Below are positions 48,986 to 52,765 of a DNA stretch of 52,765 nt, in pieces. The first letter of the stretch is position 1, and each line of letters begins with the position of its first letter. The notes beneath the pieces were generated by a model. It worked only from the letters and a program-made list of their open reading frames with translations. It searched no databases and was not told the DNA's origin. Location of the stretch: the NCBI GenBank assembly GCA_003158255.1, contig PMIH01000030.1:34728-87492 (forward strand), written 5' to 3'. The position numbers and the translations under genes are program-made. The stretch comes from Rhodocyclaceae bacterium (GTDB taxonomy: Bacteria; Pseudomonadota; Gammaproteobacteria; Burkholderiales; Rhodocyclaceae).

Positions 48986-50472
48986 ACGCCTCCATCCTCG
49001 TCCAGAAACTCTGGAACTACTGCAACGTGCTGCGCGACGACGGCATGTCGTACGGCGACTATGTCGAGCAGCTCACTTACCTGCTCTTCCTGAAGATGGC
49101 GGATGAGCGCACGCGGCCGCCACACAACCAGAAGAGCCTGATCCCGGCTGCCTACGCCTGGCCGACCTTGCTGGCGAAGAGCGGCGATGCGCTGTTCGAC
49201 CACTACCGCCACGCGCTCGACGAACTCGGCAAGCAGAAGGGCACGCTGGGGCTGATTTTCGGCAAGGCCCAGAACAAGTTCCAGGACCCGGCCAAGCTGA
49301 CCCGAGTGATCGCCGACCTGATCGATGCCGAGAACTGGTCGTCGCTGAATGTGGATGTAAAGGGCGACGCCTACGAAGGATTGCTGGAGAAGAACGCACA
49401 GGACACCAAGAGCGGCGCGGGCCAGTACTTCACGCCGCGAGCCTTGATTCAGGCGATGGTGACTTGCGTTGCGCCCAAACCGGGCGAGCGAATCTGCGAC
49501 CCGGCATGCGGCACGGGCGGCTTTCTGCTGGCGGCGCATCACTACATCACGCACGAGAACCCGCACCTGGAGCGCACCGAGTTGCGCCGCCTCAAGAACG
49601 ATGCCTTCATGGGCTGGGAACTGGTGCAGGCGACGGCGCGGGTGTGCACGATGAACCTGATGCTGCATGGCATCGGCTCCGAGGAAAGCGTACCGGTGAA
49701 GGTGACCGATGCGCTGGCCGCCGACCCGGGCGAACGCTACCAGGTGGTGCTGGCGAATCCACCGTTCGGCAAGAAGAGCAGCACGGTTATCGTCGGCGAG
49801 GATGGCAAGACGACGACGGAAAAGGAGATCATCGAACGCGACGACTTCTGGGCGACGACATCGAACAAACAACTCAACTTCGTGCAGCACATCAAGACGC
49901 TGCTCGACATCCACGGCCGCGCGGCAGTAGTGGTGCCGGACAACGTGCTGTTCGAAGGCGGCGCGGGCGAGACGATCCGCCGGAAGCTGCTGCACGAGTG
50001 CGAGGTGCATACACTGCTACGCCTGCCTACGGGCTTGTTCTACGCTCAGGGCGTCAAGGCGAATGTAATCTTCTTCGACAAGAAGCCGGCCTCGGAAACA
50101 CCATGGACGAAAAAGCTGTGGATCTACGATCTGCGCACCAACCAGCACTTCACGCTTAAGACCAATCCGCTGAAGGTCGATGATCTGATGGAATTCGTGC
50201 GTCTCTACAACCCGGCGAATCGCCAGCAGCGCGCGGCGACGTGGAGCATCGAGAATCCAGACGGCCGCTGGCGCGCCTACGATTACGACGAACTGGTGGC
50301 GCGCGACAAGGCGAGCCTCGACATCTTCTGGCTCAAGGACGATGCCTTGGCCGATTCGGACAACCTGCCGGCGCCCGAGATCATCGCGCAGGAAATTGTC
50401 GAGGACCTGGAGGCGGCCTTGGTGCAGTTCCGCGAGGTACTGGCCGACCTGCGGCCGGATGCGGCGGACTAA
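48982..50472 (+). CDS. hsdM: type I restriction-modification N6-adenine DNA methyltransferase HsdM
   Basis: 496 aa. The SAM motif is DPACGTGGFL, the catalytic motif is NPPFG, and there is an HsdM N-terminal domain. Confidence 0.9.
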   Translation: MNASILVQKLWNYCNVLRDDGMSYGDYVEQLTYLLFLKMADERTRPPHNQKSLIPAAYAWPTLLAKSGDALFDHYRHALDELGKQKGTLGLIFGKAQNKFQDPAKLTRVIADLIDAENWSSLNVDVKGDAYEGLLEKNAQDTKSGAGQYFTPRALIQAMVTCVAPKPGERICDPACGTGGFLLAAHHYITHENPHLERTELRRLKNDAFMGWELVQATARVCTMNLMLHGIGSEESVPVKVTDALAADPGERYQVVLANPPFGKKSSTVIVGEDGKTTTEKEIIERDDFWATTSNKQLNFVQHIKTLLDIHGRAAVVVPDNVLFEGGAGETIRRKLLHECEVHTLLRLPTGLFYAQGVKANVIFFDKKPASETPWTKKLWIYDLRTNQHFTLKTNPLKVDDLMEFVRLYNPANRQQRAATWSIENPDGRWRAYDYDELVARDKASLDIFWLKDDALADSDNLPAPEIIAQEIVEDLEAALVQFREVLADLRPDAAD

Positions 50473-50478
50473 GGCCGG

Positions 50479-52413
50479 CTAAGTGCCTGCTTGCGCAGGC
50501 GCGTTGTCAGCCATGGTGGTACGCCGCAAGCGTCTGTAGAGCGTGCTGCGGCTGACGCCGAGGCGGCGCGCGGCTTCCGACATGTTGCCGGCGGTGCTGC
50601 CGACCGCGCGGTGGATGGCGGCGTCGGACATCGCCCGCAGGTTGTCGGGCACGTCGGCTTCGAATGGCTTCAACGCGGGCCCGCTCAGTTCTTCTTTCAA
50701 GTCGTCGGGCAAATGTTGCCAGCCGATCAGCGTTTCGCTGTCGTCGAGCAGCGCGCAGGCGGTGCGCAGCGCGTTGGCGAGCTGACGAATGTTTCCCGGC
50801 CACGAATAGGCGCCAAGCGCGGCCGCCAGTGACGCATCCAGGGTAACGTGGCGGCGATCGGTCGTTTCGTCGAGCAGGCGCGTGACCAGCATGGTGAAAT
50901 CGCTGCGCTCGCGCAAGGCCGGCAGCGCCAGCGCCATGCCGTTGATGCGGTAGTAGAGGTCGGCGCGGAAGCGGCCGTTTCCCATATCGGCCTTGAGGTT
51001 GCGGTGCGTGGCGCAGACCAGTGTGAAGTCGACAGGAATGGACTTGCCGGCGCCGAGCGGCGTCACCTGCTTTTCCTGCAAGACGCGCAGCAGTCGGGCT
51101 TGCAGGGCCAGCGGCATGTCGCCGATTTCGTCCAGGAACAAGGTGCCGCCGTGCGCTTCGCGGATGCGGCCGGGGTTGCCCTCGCGACGCGCGCCGGTGA
51201 AGGCGCCGGGGACGTAGCCGAACAGTTCGGACTCGATCAGGTTCTCGGGCAGTGCAGCGCAATTGACGGCGACGAAGGGCGCGTCGGCACGCGGGCCGGC
51301 GTCGTGCACGGCACGCGCGAAGACTTCCTTGCCGACGCCCGACTCGCCTTGCAACAGTAGCGGAATGGTCTTGCCCAATACCTTGCGCGCGCGGTCGATC
51401 GCAGCCGCGAAGCGCTCGTCACCGGTGTCAATTGCTGCCAGCGCATCGCGCGGTTTCGCCTTGATCGCGGCGCTCGGCACCGGCCGACGGCCGAGTTCGA
51501 CACGCACGAAGAAGCGGCGACCACCCTGCCCGTTGACTAGCATCGGCTGTGCGGGCGAACGGCGGCCCCATTCGAAGAGGGATTGCAGGCTGAGGTCGAG
51601 CAGGCGGGACACGGGCGTGGTGCCGATGTCCGCGTTGCACAGGCCGAGCAGCGCCAGACCGGTGCGATTGGCGCCGATGATCCAGCCGTCTTCCGAGAGC
51701 GCGACGATGCCTTCGGCGACGGTGCCGATGCCCTCGGCGAGCGCATGAAAGCGCAAGCGCAAGCCCGTGCCGTAGCTGCTGTCAAAGAGGCGGTTCTCGA
51801 TCATCTGCGCCGCCGCCTGCACGAGGCCGAAGGTGTGCGGGTGACGACCGCGCTGGTCGCCGGAAATGTCGAGCACACCGAGCAAGCGGCCATTCGGCGC
51901 TGTCACCGGCGCGGCGGCGCAGGTGAGAAAACCGTTGCGCTCAAGATAATGTTCGCCGGCATGAATGGTGACGGACGAGCTTTCCGCCAGCGCGGTGCCG
52001 ATGGCATTGGTGCCGCGATAACGCTCGTTCCACGAGGCGCCGGGCATCAGGGCGACGCGTTCGGCGCGGCCGAGGAAATCGGTGTCGCCGAGTGCTTGCA
52101 GCAGCACGCCGCGATCGTCGGCGAGGATGACCATGCTGCCGGAATCGCGCGTCTGGGCGTGGAGGTATTCCATCACCGGCCGCGCATGGGCGATGAACTC
52201 GCGCTGCTGGTCGGCGGCGCGGGCGAGTTGGCCGGCGGAAAGATGGGGCACTTCGGGCAGACGGCCGACGGGTGCCAAGCCGGCGCTGAAGCAGCGCTGC
52301 CACGAACGGGCAACCGTATCTTGCGCAAAGCCGGGCGGCAGTTCGCCATGCTCCAGCAACTGATGGCGGGCAAAGCGTAACGCCGCACCCGCATCCCTCG
52401 GTATCGGGGTCAT
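50479..52413 (-). CDS. sigma-54-dependent Fis-family activator with N-terminal GAF-like sensor (AcoR-like)
   Basis: 644 aa. The AAA+ core is GESGVGKE and ESELFGYVPGAFTGA, with a C-terminal HTH AARRLGVSRSTLYRRL. It is divergent from an aldehyde dehydrogenase gene that has a sigma-54 promoter. Confidence 0.85.
   Translation of the reverse strand: MTPIPRDAGAALRFARHQLLEHGELPPGFAQDTVARSWQRCFSAGLAPVGRLPEVPHLSAGQLARAADQQREFIAHARPVMEYLHAQTRDSGSMVILADDRGVLLQALGDTDFLGRAERVALMPGASWNERYRGTNAIGTALAESSSVTIHAGEHYLERNGFLTCAAAPVTAPNGRLLGVLDISGDQRGRHPHTFGLVQAAAQMIENRLFDSSYGTGLRLRFHALAEGIGTVAEGIVALSEDGWIIGANRTGLALLGLCNADIGTTPVSRLLDLSLQSLFEWGRRSPAQPMLVNGQGGRRFFVRVELGRRPVPSAAIKAKPRDALAAIDTGDERFAAAIDRARKVLGKTIPLLLQGESGVGKEVFARAVHDAGPRADAPFVAVNCAALPENLIESELFGYVPGAFTGARREGNPGRIREAHGGTLFLDEIGDMPLALQARLLRVLQEKQVTPLGAGKSIPVDFTLVCATHRNLKADMGNGRFRADLYYRINGMALALPALRERSDFTMLVTRLLDETTDRRHVTLDASLAAALGAYSWPGNIRQLANALRTACALLDDSETLIGWQHLPDDLKEELSGPALKPFEADVPDNLRAMSDAAIHRAVGSTAGNMSEAARRLGVSRSTLYRRLRRTTMADNAPAQAGT
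50502..50526 (+). repeat. dispersed 25-bp motif copy
   Basis: CGTTGTCAG CCAT GGTGGTACGCCG. It is antisense to the last codons of the AcoR-like gene (RRTTMAD). The first half is degenerate, and the last 21 nt are identical to the copy at 38506. Confidence 0.6.
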
Positions 52414-52526
52414 GTGTCTCCTCCTGTTGCTATCGTGCAGGCTTCCTCTTACGGGAAGCTGTCAGTGGCTCAGTTTAAGCAGTTCTCCCGGTTCCACAAG
52501 CGCCACGGCCGAAACCAGCGGCTACC

Positions 52527-52577
52527 TGTGCCATTTTGCGACATCTGTCCCGCGATGGCACGTCGCACGGCGTGCCA
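52527..52577. promoter_or_regulatory. candidate enhancer region for the AcoR-like activator
   Basis: TGT-N11-ACA (TGTGCCATTTTGCGACA, 52527-52543), plus GTGCCA/TGGCAC elements at 52528, 52556 and 52572. These include a perfect TGGCAC-N10-GTGCCA inverted repeat. The region lies 40-90 nt upstream of the -24 element. Confidence 0.3.
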
Positions 52578-52592
52578 CCACGACTGACTTTC
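52568..52592 (-). repeat. dispersed 25-bp motif copy
   Basis: Motif strand: GAAAGTCAG TCGT GGTGGCACGCCG. It is intergenic and a perfect match to my consensus. Confidence 0.7.
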
Positions 52593-52617
52593 GCTTGTCC
52601 ATCAATGCATTGCGGCT

Positions 52618-52633
52618 TGGCACGCTCCCTGCG
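52618..52633 (+). promoter_or_regulatory. sigma-54 promoter for the aldehyde dehydrogenase gene
   Basis: TGGCACGCTCCCTGCG with GG-N10-GC spacing, 61 nt upstream of the ATG. AAGGAG lies at 52681. Confidence 0.6.
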
Positions 52634-52693
52634 ATACCGGATCGGGCCCACGTGGCTTTCGTCATTCCCATACCAAAATCAAGGAGACAAGAC

Positions 52694-52765
52694 ATGATCT
52701 ACGCCGCACCCGGCGCCGCCGGCGCCAAGATGCAATTCAAAGCCAAGTATGACAACTTCATCGGC
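52694..52765 (+). CDS. NAD-dependent aldehyde dehydrogenase, N-terminal fragment (runs off window)
   Basis: MIYAAPGAAGAKMQFKAKYDNFIG resembles the N-terminus of AcoD/ExaC-type aldehyde dehydrogenases. Only 24 codons are present. Confidence 0.55.
   Translation, partial: MIYAAPGAAGAKMQFKAKYDNFIG

Overview
GC-rich proteobacterial chromosomal segment. All calls come from reading the sequence and the ORF track by eye; no searches were run.

Core (11.4-32.7 kb): a complete vanadium-nitrogenase island. It contains vnfA; a small Cys-rich ORF with vnfE-vnfN-vnfX-nfu; vnfH-ferredoxin-nifX-like; and vnfDGK followed by an unknown 297-aa ORF, a vnfY-like gene, a PhnCDE-type ABC transporter and a Nif11-domain ORF.

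Molybdenum block (32.7-38.8 kb): mop, modE, modA, modD, nifQ, modB, modC, a GNAT gene and nifZ-like.

Left flank and interior: TonB-dependent uptake operons with three receptors, two Peripla_BP_2 binding proteins and one FecCD/FecE pair. These operons also carry a globin-like gene, an LLM oxidoreductase and a methyltransferase.

Right part (38.9-50.5 kb): a type I R-M locus with a decayed hsdR. hsdS and hsdM are separated by about 6 kb of nested cargo: a vapC pseudogene, DUF488, mobile mystery proteins A/B (Fic), an NTase-like pair and an MNT/HEPN cassette. An AcoR-like sigma-54 activator and the start of an aldehyde dehydrogenase follow.

Regulation: I find eight sigma-54 (GG-N10-GC) promoters, a family of GTAC-N6-G(T/A)AC boxes upstream of them, and a shared Mo-box-like element.

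Most unusual observations:
1. A 25-bp bipartite motif, GAAAGTCAG-N4-GGYGGYACGCCG, occurs at least 11 times. It sits inside unrelated genes in all frames and on both strands, and once in intergenic DNA.
2. An orphan NifD/E-like gene is co-operonic with a TonB receptor and a lipoprotein binding protein behind a sigma-54 promoter.
3. A signal-peptide-less PhnD paralogue with its own sigma-54 promoter lies directly upstream of vnfH.
4. The toxic halves of several defence modules are selectively inactivated.

No tRNA, rRNA, CRISPR array, IS element or integrase was seen.
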